Virus record (IMG/VR): IMGVR_UViG_3300025849_001733
Span: 1,714-65,713 of that record
Source of the DNA: a virus
Taxonomy: Duplodnaviria > Caudoviricetes
Length of the DNA: 64,000 nucleotides
Direction: 5' to 3' (one strand)
Notes under the pieces: model-generated
Seen by the model: the letters and a program-made list of their open reading frames with translations, nothing else
What the model was told of the DNA's origin: nothing
Databases searched by the model: none
Shown here: piece after piece, positions 31,790 to 40,209 of the stretch
Position numbering within the stretch: the first letter of the stretch is position 1
How the letters are laid out: every line of letters begins with the position of its first letter
Translations under genes and position numbers: made by a program

Positions 31790-33054
31790 TGTATTATATC
31801 CTCAAACCAATGACAGTTATTGTATTTAATTTTTGTATTTTCAATTTTTTGAATTGCTAGTTTAATATCTTGATTACTATATTGTAAGTGTGTCATAGGA
31901 TATTCTGATAGTATTGTACTAGTACATAATAATGTATCATCTTTCATAAACTTTGTTATTTTGTCAGTGTTTTTTATTAAATCTACGTGTATAAATGATA
32001 TGTTAGTATTTTTGCGCCAAGTGTTCCATAACGGAAAAAAATTCTGTACTGTATCAGTTTTAAGTGAATTAGAAAATATTAAGTCTGATTCTATAATAGG
32101 CTCGAGTAAAATATCTTTATCTTTACACCAATCCAAAACAAACGTCTCGTAATCGTTTCCGTCCCAGTTTGCATACAGATGTTTTTTAAATTCAATATTA
32201 TAAAAATTTGTATCATAGAATACTAATGTATTGCTACTTGCATTTAATGCTGTCATTTCTCCTAGAAATCCAGTTGCTGGAGATATCACAGTGTCTATAT
32301 TTGAAAACATAGGAGAGTTTTCAAAGTGCCAAACGTTTAGAACTTTAAATTCTAATAAGTCATTGATTAATTCAATAAACAATTCTTGTGCATTATCTAA
32401 TCCTTCTGTAATTTTTAGACTCTTAAGAGCGTCTTCAAACCTATCAGTATTTTGAAGAGGATAACAATACCCTCGAGCTGGCAAATGCATACGTAGTCTG
32501 TTAGGAGGATATCGCCAATTTTCGTCCCAGTTACTAACACTAAAATTGTTTTCTAAACATTGTTCGATTATCTTAGTACCAAATTTGTCGTGTCTTGTTA
32601 CAATATTATCTTCCATTGTAACGTATAAAGGAGCCCAGCCGCCGTGCATATCTTCAACACTCCGGCGTAAGTATTTGCCTTTAGCATATCCTTCATTAAA
32701 ATTTAAATTTTTAAATGCAGATGTTCTTAATATAAAAAATTGTTCGTGAAAGTGTGGAGTTGTCTCATCGTCTTTTTGTAGTAAATGTGCCATTAGCCCT
32801 ATATTAGACGGAATGTTATGTATGCTATTCCATATATGATCCGGCTCTAATATCACAGTGCCTGCAGTTGCTACTATGATTAACTCTGTTTTATCTAAAT
32901 ATTTTTCAATATCGTAATACGAATCTACAACTTCGATCGGGTAACCGTCATTATTAGTGATACTAATAAACGATTTAGTTATCTGCATCATTTTATCATT
33001 TAACCAAGCACTATTAGAAAAGCTCGGTACTAAAACGAAAATCGCCTTGTGCAT
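31783..33054 (-). CDS. Hypothetical protein
   Basis: 423 aa in operon; no recognised motif. Confidence 0.6.
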   Translation of the reverse strand: MHKAIFVLVPSFSNSAWLNDKMMQITKSFISITNNDGYPIEVVDSYYDIEKYLDKTELIIVATAGTVILEPDHIWNSIHNIPSNIGLMAHLLQKDDETTPHFHEQFFILRTSAFKNLNFNEGYAKGKYLRRSVEDMHGGWAPLYVTMEDNIVTRHDKFGTKIIEQCLENNFSVSNWDENWRYPPNRLRMHLPARGYCYPLQNTDRFEDALKSLKITEGLDNAQELFIELINDLLEFKVLNVWHFENSPMFSNIDTVISPATGFLGEMTALNASSNTLVFYDTNFYNIEFKKHLYANWDGNDYETFVLDWCKDKDILLEPIIESDLIFSNSLKTDTVQNFFPLWNTWRKNTNISFIHVDLIKNTDKITKFMKDDTLLCTSTILSEYPMTHLQYSNQDIKLAIQKIENTKIKYNNCHWFEDIIHC

Positions 33055-33661
33055 TTTGATCCTCCATTGCTTGATTCATTATTGATTTCCATTCATCTGT
33101 TGAATCGTAGTGATGTACTATTAGATGATATCGATCTTGATTACTATCATTCTTTACAGAGTGTGTATAACTAATATTTACAGCATAAGCATCTCCAGGT
33201 AAAAAGTTTAAAGTACCTTCTTCCCAGTGCCATACACATTCTTTAGGATTTGATATTGCAAAGTTTACAGCACCTAGTACTTTATGATCAGTATCAATAT
33301 GTGGCTCAATATATCCTCCCGGCTCAAGCAACATAAAACGAACTCGAGCATAATGGTTACTAGGATACACTTGTTCTAACCATTTTTTTGTAACAGGACA
33401 AGAATCAGCTATTTCTGTCCATTGCATATCACTTACAGCATCTTGGCAAGAATCGTAATATTCAGCCCAGGCATACGGTTCTTTACTAGACTTGCCTATA
33501 ATAGGAAGGCTATACCAACCTTTGGTTTTGTAGGTACTTCTGTATTCTATAAATTTATCTTTTAGTGCAGAAGCTTCTTTTAAAATTTCTTCATGTGGAA
33601 ATGGAATATTTAATTTTAAACACTTAGCATTACTAAAAAGATATTCTCGACCTATGTCCAT
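33014..33661 (-). CDS. Asp/Asn beta-hydroxylase-like Fe(II)/2OG oxygenase
   Basis: RVRFMLLEPGGYIEPHID...HSVKN...RYHL. Confidence 0.8.
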   Translation of the reverse strand: MDIGREYLFSNAKCLKLNIPFPHEEILKEASALKDKFIEYRSTYKTKGWYSLPIIGKSSKEPYAWAEYYDSCQDAVSDMQWTEIADSCPVTKKWLEQVYPSNHYARVRFMLLEPGGYIEPHIDTDHKVLGAVNFAISNPKECVWHWEEGTLNFLPGDAYAVNISYTHSVKNDSNQDRYHLIVHHYDSTDEWKSIMNQAMEDQNAQGDFRFSTELF

Positions 33662-34209
33662 CTCTCGTACCTTTTTAAATTTTCTAAAAATTTCTCAGGG
33701 TGTATTTGCCATACTGTTTGATCAGTATGTCTATAATGTATGTCTTTGATTTTTTCAACAATGCCTAATTTAGCAAGTGTAGGAAAGTAATAGCTGTGTA
33801 CTAATCTTTGGCTAGCAACAGTACTTGAATTACTTGTAGCATACATATTACCGTGTCCTGCCCATTTAATACATTGTGGAAGTAAAAATTGATCTGTTAA
33901 ATTTTGATGTTCGGCAACTAACTTTTTAGGAGTAATAAGGCCTTTGTCCTTGCGGGACTCTGCAAATGTGCATACTCTAGTAAGTATTCTATAACTGTTT
34001 GGTCCCATAACATCGTCAAAACTGTGTGCTGCACAACTACCAACAGCACGATTGTTTTCGTATAATATCCAAACTTGCCATTCACGTTCGTTATTAAAGC
34101 AATCAATCATTGCTTTTTGACTACTGTTATTAACAAATCCTCTACTAGTTGCTTCTGCATAAAACTCAGTTAGATCAAGTTGAGGGGTCCACTCTACTAG
34201 ATTAAACAT
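33652..34209 (-). CDS. Putative GNAT-like acyltransferase
   Basis: VWILYENNRAVG..AAH...RILTR strand pattern; weak. Confidence 0.45.
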   Translation of the reverse strand: MFNLVEWTPQLDLTEFYAEATSRGFVNNSSQKAMIDCFNNEREWQVWILYENNRAVGSCAAHSFDDVMGPNSYRILTRVCTFAESRKDKGLITPKKLVAEHQNLTDQFLLPQCIKWAGHGNMYATSNSSTVASQRLVHSYYFPTLAKLGIVEKIKDIHYRHTDQTVWQIHPEKFLENLKRYERWT

Positions 34210-34894
34210 AAATTTCTTTAGCCTTTTCCATTACATCATCTCTAAAGTTTGTTTTAAAACTATCAAATGCTAACAATTGTATTTTTTGATGTTGAGTCGG
34301 AGCATCAACGTCAATACCATTTGCTTGCATTTTAGGAAATAAGTCTGCTTGTCTATCTTCACTAATGTGGCTCATTACACTACGTAAACTTATATCGTCA
34401 TCACTTGAATCGTATGTAAAGAAATAATTCATACTTTTGAGTTTACCGTCTACAATAAAATAGCTGCTAGGATGCAAACTGTATTTTGTTAGTCCTAAGT
34501 CTTTGTGTGCTTGTATTATCTCAAGCATCTGTGTGTCCCAGTCTGGTAAAACTTTTGAATAATCTGTACCTGTACAGCCTGCAAGTTCCCACATATCAGG
34601 ACCGTCTATTTCTAAGTAGACTTTTCGAAACTCATAGTCAATTTCAAATGCTGGTACATGCTGAGGATACTCCTCACGCATTAGTCTAAGATACTTTATT
34701 TCACGTTCAAACTTTTCATCCATTAAGTCTGCATCAACAACTTGATTATGTCCTCCGTGGTATCCTTCATCGTTGTAATACCATTGACAAAACTTTCGTT
34801 TGTCGTTACTAATAAGGCTAGTGTAGATAAGATTGTTTCTACATAGTCCTTTTTCAGGTACATTGTTGTAATAATAGTCATAATGATTCTGCAT
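34202..34894 (-). CDS. Degenerate protein-kinase-like fold protein
   Basis: FEREIKYL...P...IIQAHKDLGLTKYSLHPSSYFI.DGKLKSMNYF follows PKL topology with substituted catalytic motifs. Confidence 0.45.
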   Translation of the reverse strand: MQNHYDYYYNNVPEKGLCRNNLIYTSLISNDKRKFCQWYYNDEGYHGGHNQVVDADLMDEKFEREIKYLRLMREEYPQHVPAFEIDYEFRKVYLEIDGPDMWELAGCTGTDYSKVLPDWDTQMLEIIQAHKDLGLTKYSLHPSSYFIVDGKLKSMNYFFTYDSSDDDISLRSVMSHISEDRQADLFPKMQANGIDVDAPTQHQKIQLLAFDSFKTNFRDDVMEKAKEIYV

Positions 34895-34920
34895 ACTATT
34901 ACTTACCGATAAGTATATAT
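34895..34920. promoter_or_regulatory. 26-bp divergent spacer with back-to-back RTAAGTA late-like elements
   Basis: + ATAAGTA 34909-34915 and - GTAAGTA 34906-34900, each exactly 5 nt before an ATG. Confidence 0.55.
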
Positions 34921-35736
34921 ATGATTAAAGGAATTGGCGGGAAGCCCTATATAAACTTAGACCCTTACTTAGATATAGATGGATTTAAACAAATGCATCC
35001 TGAAATTTGTAAAGGATTTGCACTTGCACGTGACTATGCAAAAGAAGGCACCTGGATGGCCCCTGGCTTTGATTGGAAAGATGCTAGTTATATAATGAAC
35101 TGGAAACCAATCTATAAAGCATGGGAAGAGTATCAAGAACTAGATGATACTAATCCTATCAAGATTGAAGGTAATAAAATATTACCTAAAGATTTTAGTG
35201 ATTACAAACAGCGTAATATCTTTACACGCTATCTTAAAACTACATTAGGAGCAAACGATCCGTACATATATTACTTTTTATGGAATGAAGGTGACTGGAA
35301 TCAACGTAGTGCTGAACGTCAAAAAACAGAAGAAGCAATGTACTTTCCAGGAGTAGTTAATTGGGTTGAAAACTTACAAACACAAGGAATTATTGATCGT
35401 ATTGGCAGAGTTATATTTTTTCACTGTGACCATAATGGTCGAGCATTTGAACATAGAGATTTAGACGCAGACAATGGAGTACATGATGATAATCAATATA
35501 GTCCGCACAACGATGAATTTATACATATACGCTATCGCACAAAGAGAGGATTCTATGTTTGGGATCCCGAGAGCGAAAATAAACACTACATAAACTGTAA
35601 TGCAGCATTTTGGAATGACCAAGACTGGCACGGCGGCGAAAGTAGTACAGAAGTAGAATACGGATTACGTATTGATTGTAAATTTTCAGAATCGTTTAAA
35701 AAAGCACTTGGTATAGATTACTTAGATACTTACTAG
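34921..35736 (+). CDS. Cupin/2OG-Fe(II) oxygenase-like protein
   Basis: GRVIFF...EHRD...DWHGG...GLRID. Confidence 0.6.
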   Translation: MIKGIGGKPYINLDPYLDIDGFKQMHPEICKGFALARDYAKEGTWMAPGFDWKDASYIMNWKPIYKAWEEYQELDDTNPIKIEGNKILPKDFSDYKQRNIFTRYLKTTLGANDPYIYYFLWNEGDWNQRSAERQKTEEAMYFPGVVNWVENLQTQGIIDRIGRVIFFHCDHNGRAFEHRDLDADNGVHDDNQYSPHNDEFIHIRYRTKRGFYVWDPESENKHYINCNAAFWNDQDWHGGESSTEVEYGLRIDCKFSESFKKALGIDYLDTY

Positions 35737-36281
35737 CCCCAGATATTAAATAGATACTTAGGTTCTAATCCTGCATTAGCACCAGCATGCCAGCTCTTTC
35801 TATCTGGCCATTGATATACATTTCCTTGTGCTTCGTTATAAAAACACTTGTCTTCTACAATAAATGTATGTCCAGGTTTAGGAATATCAATATGACAGTG
35901 ATATCTTTTCATATCACCTGTAGAATTTAACGTAGCTTCGTCGTCTGTAATATCCCAATGCCATGGAGCAATATCACCAGGTTCTACTTTACTAATCCAG
36001 CAATTTATATAAGACGTCATTCCTGTAAATGCCATAAATTTATCAACTACTTCTTTTGAAAACTGTTGCCCTGGAAAAAACATACCCCAACTAGCATTGC
36101 CGCCTTCTGCTTTAAATTTATATCCTGCATCTCTAATAGGCTGAACAACCTCATCTACGCCTTCTACTTCATGTCCTACATCATGTCTAGGCCCTATATA
36201 GGCAGGCGACACGTTATTAATTTCGAGTATAACAGCATTCCAGTCAATAACATCATTACAATTTCCTATAAATTTAATCAT
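35733..36281 (-). CDS. Asp/Asn beta-hydroxylase-like oxygenase
   Basis: SKVEPGDIAPWHWD...SWHAGAN. Confidence 0.7.
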   Translation of the reverse strand: MIKFIGNCNDVIDWNAVILEINNVSPAYIGPRHDVGHEVEGVDEVVQPIRDAGYKFKAEGGNASWGMFFPGQQFSKEVVDKFMAFTGMTSYINCWISKVEPGDIAPWHWDITDDEATLNSTGDMKRYHCHIDIPKPGHTFIVEDKCFYNEAQGNVYQWPDRKSWHAGANAGLEPKYLFNIWG

Positions 36282-36849
36282 TTAATGCTCCTCCGGGCCA
36301 GTCACCTATATTATTTTTTAATGTGTAATTATATGCATAGTCAACATCTAGATAACCGTTTTTAAATATAAATCTATCTTTGTTGTTTATAACACTTTTA
36401 AGAATCTTTTCTGATATCTTGTCTTCTTTTGGTATACATGCATGTAAATCCATGATGTGCATCTTATCTTCCTTTATGTAAAATGTATGCGGATAAGCAT
36501 TAATTTTATAAACATCTATACTTTCTAAATCTTTTAATATATCTTTAATTTGCTGTCGCCAATCACTAGGCAATTCTTTGTTATGATGTAGCATATTATT
36601 AATATTCGTATTATACCATTTGAAAGTTATTTGCATTGTTTTAGCATCTACACTTATAATTTCAGGAGCATATGATTTATGACTTACTAATCCTATTCCT
36701 CTTAGTTCCATATCAAACCAATATTTTTCATGAAAAGACATTACAAAGATATCATCATTATAATAACCATTATACATTGGAGTAGGTGTACACGCATATC
36801 CGTCTATATATTTTTTAAATTGTACTAGGTTATTCATATGTAAGCTCAA
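36274..36849 (-). CDS. Degenerate protein-kinase-like fold protein (paralog of 34202)
   Basis: FDMEL...APEI...ILKDLESIDVYKINAYPHTFYI...IMDL. Confidence 0.45.
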   Translation of the reverse strand: MSLHMNNLVQFKKYIDGYACTPTPMYNGYYNDDIFVMSFHEKYWFDMELRGIGLVSHKSYAPEIISVDAKTMQITFKWYNTNINNMLHHNKELPSDWRQQIKDILKDLESIDVYKINAYPHTFYIKEDKMHIMDLHACIPKEDKISEKILKSVINNKDRFIFKNGYLDVDYAYNYTLKNNIGDWPGGALND

Positions 36850-37492
36850 AGTTTTCTGGCATTATTTTCTTAATATGGATTAATTCTTCATGAGTAGTAT
36901 TAAAACTTACAATGTTATTATTTACACTGAACGAATTTATACAGTTGCGTTTGTTTGCTCGATTAAGCCATGGACTTAGTGTTTGATCAAATTGATATCT
37001 GCCGTCGACACCTTGCACACGTATTTTTATATTAATACTATTTTGTATATCGGCGTTTGTTAATAATTTTCTTACAACTAGTTGATATCTTGTGCTGTCA
37101 CTAAAATTTACAGCACTGTGCAATATTCCAGCATCCATGCTATACCACAATCCTAATTGAGTTGTATGAAATGTTTTATTTTCTAAGTCAACTAGATAGT
37201 TTAAACCTTCTCCTAATGCTAGATGCCATCGGTCGTCAATATCTGCATGTGCGGTATAACACTTCTCTATATCTAATTTAATGATGCGAGCTTCACCAAT
37301 AACAGTTTGATTTAAACTATTAAGCAGTTGTTCCCAAGGTGTGTTTTTAAATTCTGGTTTAATAGTCCACGGGTCATAAAAAAATGATCCAGTAGAGTTG
37401 TTTAAACTAGTTTTGAAATTGCTTGTGTTAAAGCTATCAATAGCTGTTTTGATAAGAGAATGACTTACTGTACAATTAGTATTTACGATCAT
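36830..37492 (-). CDS. Asp/Asn beta-hydroxylase-like oxygenase
   Basis: ARIIKL...AHADIDDRWH...LHSAVN...RYQL. Confidence 0.65.
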   Translation of the reverse strand: MIVNTNCTVSHSLIKTAIDSFNTSNFKTSLNNSTGSFFYDPWTIKPEFKNTPWEQLLNSLNQTVIGEARIIKLDIEKCYTAHADIDDRWHLALGEGLNYLVDLENKTFHTTQLGLWYSMDAGILHSAVNFSDSTRYQLVVRKLLTNADIQNSINIKIRVQGVDGRYQFDQTLSPWLNRANKRNCINSFSVNNNIVSFNTTHEELIHIKKIMPENFELTYE

Positions 37493-37497
37493 AAAAG

Positions 37498-37504
37498 TAT
37501 TTAT
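37498..37504 (-). promoter_or_regulatory. Late-like ATAAATA 5 nt before ATG 37492
   Basis: Minus strand ATAAATA-CTTTT-ATG, no SD. Confidence 0.5.
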
Positions 37505-37535
37505 GAACGTGTCTTAGTAACTAATTATAAATTGA

Positions 37536-38657
37536 TTAGAATAAATCAGTCCAAGCTGTACCGTTGTAGCATTGTAATTTATTTGTTGCTGTAAGGTATA
37601 TAATCATACCTGCTGACGGTGTTGGTATTGCAGCATCTCTAGCGGCTGTGTCAGCATAAGGTGTAGCTTTAAATGTAGGCATTTCAAATGTGCCTCTAGA
37701 ATCTAAACTACCGTAAGTGGTATAGGTTCCGTCATGATCGTGTAACGTAAACAGCAATTTTCCTGGTAATGTATTAGTACCTGTAACTGTATCAATTTGT
37801 GTAGTAATAAGTGACTTTGTTGATTCTACAGAACCATCCCATGCTACGCCGTTAAATGATCCAATTAAGTCGCCCGTTGCTACTGTTAGCGGAGCACCTT
37901 TAACACCTTTTGCACCTACTACAGACATGAATGCCATATCTTCGTCATTACTTGATACACCATACTTATATTGTAAAAATTGATTACCTTCAAAAATTAC
38001 AGTATTTTCAAGTGATGAAGTAATAGTATTGCCTTCTAGTGTTATTGTTCCGTTACCAATTTTAAACTGATCAGCATCAACAAATATAGTAGTAGAATCG
38101 TCACTAAGTACTGAACCAGTAACATCGCCTTGTATATTGGCTGCTGTTAGTGTATCTGTTACAGCATCATAAATTGTGCTACTAGAATCATTAATAATGT
38201 TTCCTGATATAGCAATTGACTCTACAGTAAGTTGTTGATCAACTGTTGCACCGCCTGTATGAACATGTTTCCATTGACGGTTCTCTGTACCTAAAGTATA
38301 TGTTTGTGTTTGTGCTGGACGTAGACTTGAATTAATAACACCGCCTACAGTAATTTCATCACTAGTGTCATCACCTAGACCAATATTTCCAGTAGCATTA
38401 ATAGTACCATCAATATTAATATTACCTGTACCTGTTATGTTATTTCCGTTAAGACTTAAATCACCGCCAAGTTGCGGTGTAGTATCGTTAAGTAAATCAA
38501 ACGATGTTGCGTCTACTGGACCAATTAGTGTTCCGCCTACAGTTGCTCCGTCACCGACATATAATTTTTTAGTATCGGTTACATAAATTAATTCACCCTG
38601 TAGCGGGGTTAATAATAGTCTTTCAGCACTTGTGCCACGTCTTAATCTTAAAGCCAT
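37536..38657 (-). CDS. Virion fibre protein with Mtd-like N-terminal domain
   Basis: LRLRRGT...GELIYVTDTKKLYVGDG; DTTPQLGGDL; C-terminal GMIIY...LQCYNGTAW; AGGAG RBS. Confidence 0.75.
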   Translation of the reverse strand: MALRLRRGTSAERLLLTPLQGELIYVTDTKKLYVGDGATVGGTLIGPVDATSFDLLNDTTPQLGGDLSLNGNNITGTGNINIDGTINATGNIGLGDDTSDEITVGGVINSSLRPAQTQTYTLGTENRQWKHVHTGGATVDQQLTVESIAISGNIINDSSSTIYDAVTDTLTAANIQGDVTGSVLSDDSTTIFVDADQFKIGNGTITLEGNTITSSLENTVIFEGNQFLQYKYGVSSNDEDMAFMSVVGAKGVKGAPLTVATGDLIGSFNGVAWDGSVESTKSLITTQIDTVTGTNTLPGKLLFTLHDHDGTYTTYGSLDSRGTFEMPTFKATPYADTAARDAAIPTPSAGMIIYLTATNKLQCYNGTAWTDLF

Positions 38658-38687
38658 TTAAATACTCCTGGTATCATTCTTATAATG

Positions 38688-38694
38688 TATTTAT
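38688..38694 (-). promoter_or_regulatory. Late-like ATAAATA upstream of fibre gene
   Basis: Intergenic on minus strand. Confidence 0.5.
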
Positions 38695-38709
38695 GCCAAA
38701 CACTAAAAC

Positions 38710-39036
38710 TTACTTTCGTTTCTTCATAAAAGAACGGGTTCGTGCTTGTATATCCTCTTTTAATCGCTTAGTATCTAGCCTAAAATCTACATTAGCAATA
38801 TGGTTATCATATTGACGGAATAGTTCTTCTAATGTAGACTCAACATTATCTGGGGCTGCTTGCTTTTTAGACTTAGCAATATCAATTTCCCATACTTTAC
38901 CATCATTAAACGACACAATGACTGAATGAAGATATTCTAATGGAACAACTTCAATGTCAATATCCTTAAAGACTTCAGGCCAATGGTCGATAACTTCTCG
39001 AGGCAGTTGAGAATCAGGTTGTGATTTTTTAGACAC
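38710..39036 (-). CDS. Hypothetical phage protein
   Basis: 108 aa in operon. Confidence 0.65.
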   Translation of the reverse strand: MSKKSQPDSQLPREVIDHWPEVFKDIDIEVVPLEYLHSVIVSFNDGKVWEIDIAKSKKQAAPDNVESTLEELFRQYDNHIANVDFRLDTKRLKEDIQARTRSFMKKRK

Positions 39037-39628
39037 TCTCTGCAGTAGTCTTCTTCTTGGCTGTTGCCTTTTTAGTTGGAACCAGCTCTTCTGCCTGCTT
39101 TCGTAAAAGTTGTGCTTCTTTAAACAATGTATCAGCTTGTGAACGATATTGTGCAGCTAACTGATCATCAGTTAGAACACCGTCGTCTGTTGGTGCAGGT
39201 GTTGCCATTTCGTTAACTGATGCAACCCGTTGTGTTTTTGCTGAATTATCTTTAACAGCAAGATCATCAACACTGACACCTTTTTGTTCAGCAATAATTT
39301 TATTAAGCTCATCAAGCATAACAGTAGTTTTAAGATCAGGAGTCATTTCTACTGTGTTGGTTGGAACTTTAACCAGTTTGCCTGTTGTATGAAATCTTGC
39401 AAGCATATTACTACCATCTGATAGTCTAGTTCTTCCCATTACATCAGCAAGTTCTTCTGCTGTCTGTCCTGAATTAGATTCTACTAATTTCATTAATGTG
39501 TCATGATCTGCAGCTTCTAAGTTTTCTGTTGTTACTACAATAGCACTTTCTCCATCACCTGGAACAGTTCTATATGCAACGATTACTTTTCGTTGATTAT
39601 TTTTAATTCTACCTACGTGTTTAAGCAT
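39029..39628 (-). CDS. Hypothetical phage protein
   Basis: 199 aa, GGAG RBS. Confidence 0.7.
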   Translation of the reverse strand: MLKHVGRIKNNQRKVIVAYRTVPGDGESAIVVTTENLEAADHDTLMKLVESNSGQTAEELADVMGRTRLSDGSNMLARFHTTGKLVKVPTNTVEMTPDLKTTVMLDELNKIIAEQKGVSVDDLAVKDNSAKTQRVASVNEMATPAPTDDGVLTDDQLAAQYRSQADTLFKEAQLLRKQAEELVPTKKATAKKKTTAESV

Positions 39629-39633
39629 GGTAA

Positions 39634-39882
39634 TTATTCTCCTTTGGGTTCTGCCGCAGGTTCAGCACTACCTTCGGTTTGTTGTGCTTGTTGTGCCTGT
39701 ACAGCAGCTAAAAATGATTCTAACTTGTTATATACTTGTCCGATAGTAACCATTTCGTTTGGTTTAAATGCACCACGTTGACTTGCAACGTCGATGATAC
39801 TTTTAATAGCACCTAAGTCATTAATAGTCAATTCTGTAGCTTGACCTTGTGGTGCTTCTGTTGGTTTATTCTCTTCGCTCAT
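39634..39882 (-). CDS. Hypothetical phage protein
   Basis: 82 aa, AGGAG RBS, GTAAATA upstream. Confidence 0.7.
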   Translation of the reverse strand: MSEENKPTEAPQGQATELTINDLGAIKSIIDVASQRGAFKPNEMVTIGQVYNKLESFLAAVQAQQAQQTEGSAEPAAEPKGE

Positions 39883-39924
39883 TCTATACTCCTATTTTTA
39901 AGTTATGTGCGTCTACTATATTTA

Positions 39925-40209
39925 CTAGTATTTCAAATGTGGGCATGCCAAAGTGAAATAAGAAAGTTCTTTAGGATTCTCAAATCCTACTTTAATGCAA
40001 GTTGTAATTGAACTATTGTTCTCTTGATTCCTTATAGATAGTGTCTTGCCAAGATAGTACCTGCCTTTTAAATGGTCTCTAATCCATTTTGATAATGCAT
40101 CTTCAAGATTATAAGTCATAGGTAGTACAATAAACTCAAAATGCGAAGGTGGCACTTTGAGTTTTCTTAGGTTAAAAAAATTTAAAGAATTAGGTTCTTT
40201 TAATTTCAA
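39925..40209 (-). CDS. Hypothetical phage protein
   Basis: 94 aa, coupled to upstream stop. Confidence 0.6.
   Translation of the reverse strand: MKLKEPNSLNFFNLRKLKVPPSHFEFIVLPMTYNLEDALSKWIRDHLKGRYYLGKTLSIRNQENNSSITTCIKVGFENPKELSYFTLACPHLKY

Noticed and set aside
9411-37492. Island as a bacterial LPS/capsule locus or chimeric host contig
   Set aside because: No flippase, polymerase or transporter genes; seamless packing and the same promoter types as the flanking phage genes
37536-38657. Mtd-like gene as a diversity-generating retroelement target
   Set aside because: Only the N-terminal domain resembles Mtd; no reverse transcriptase or adenine-mismatched TR/VR pair seen, and the repeats found are exact and adjacent
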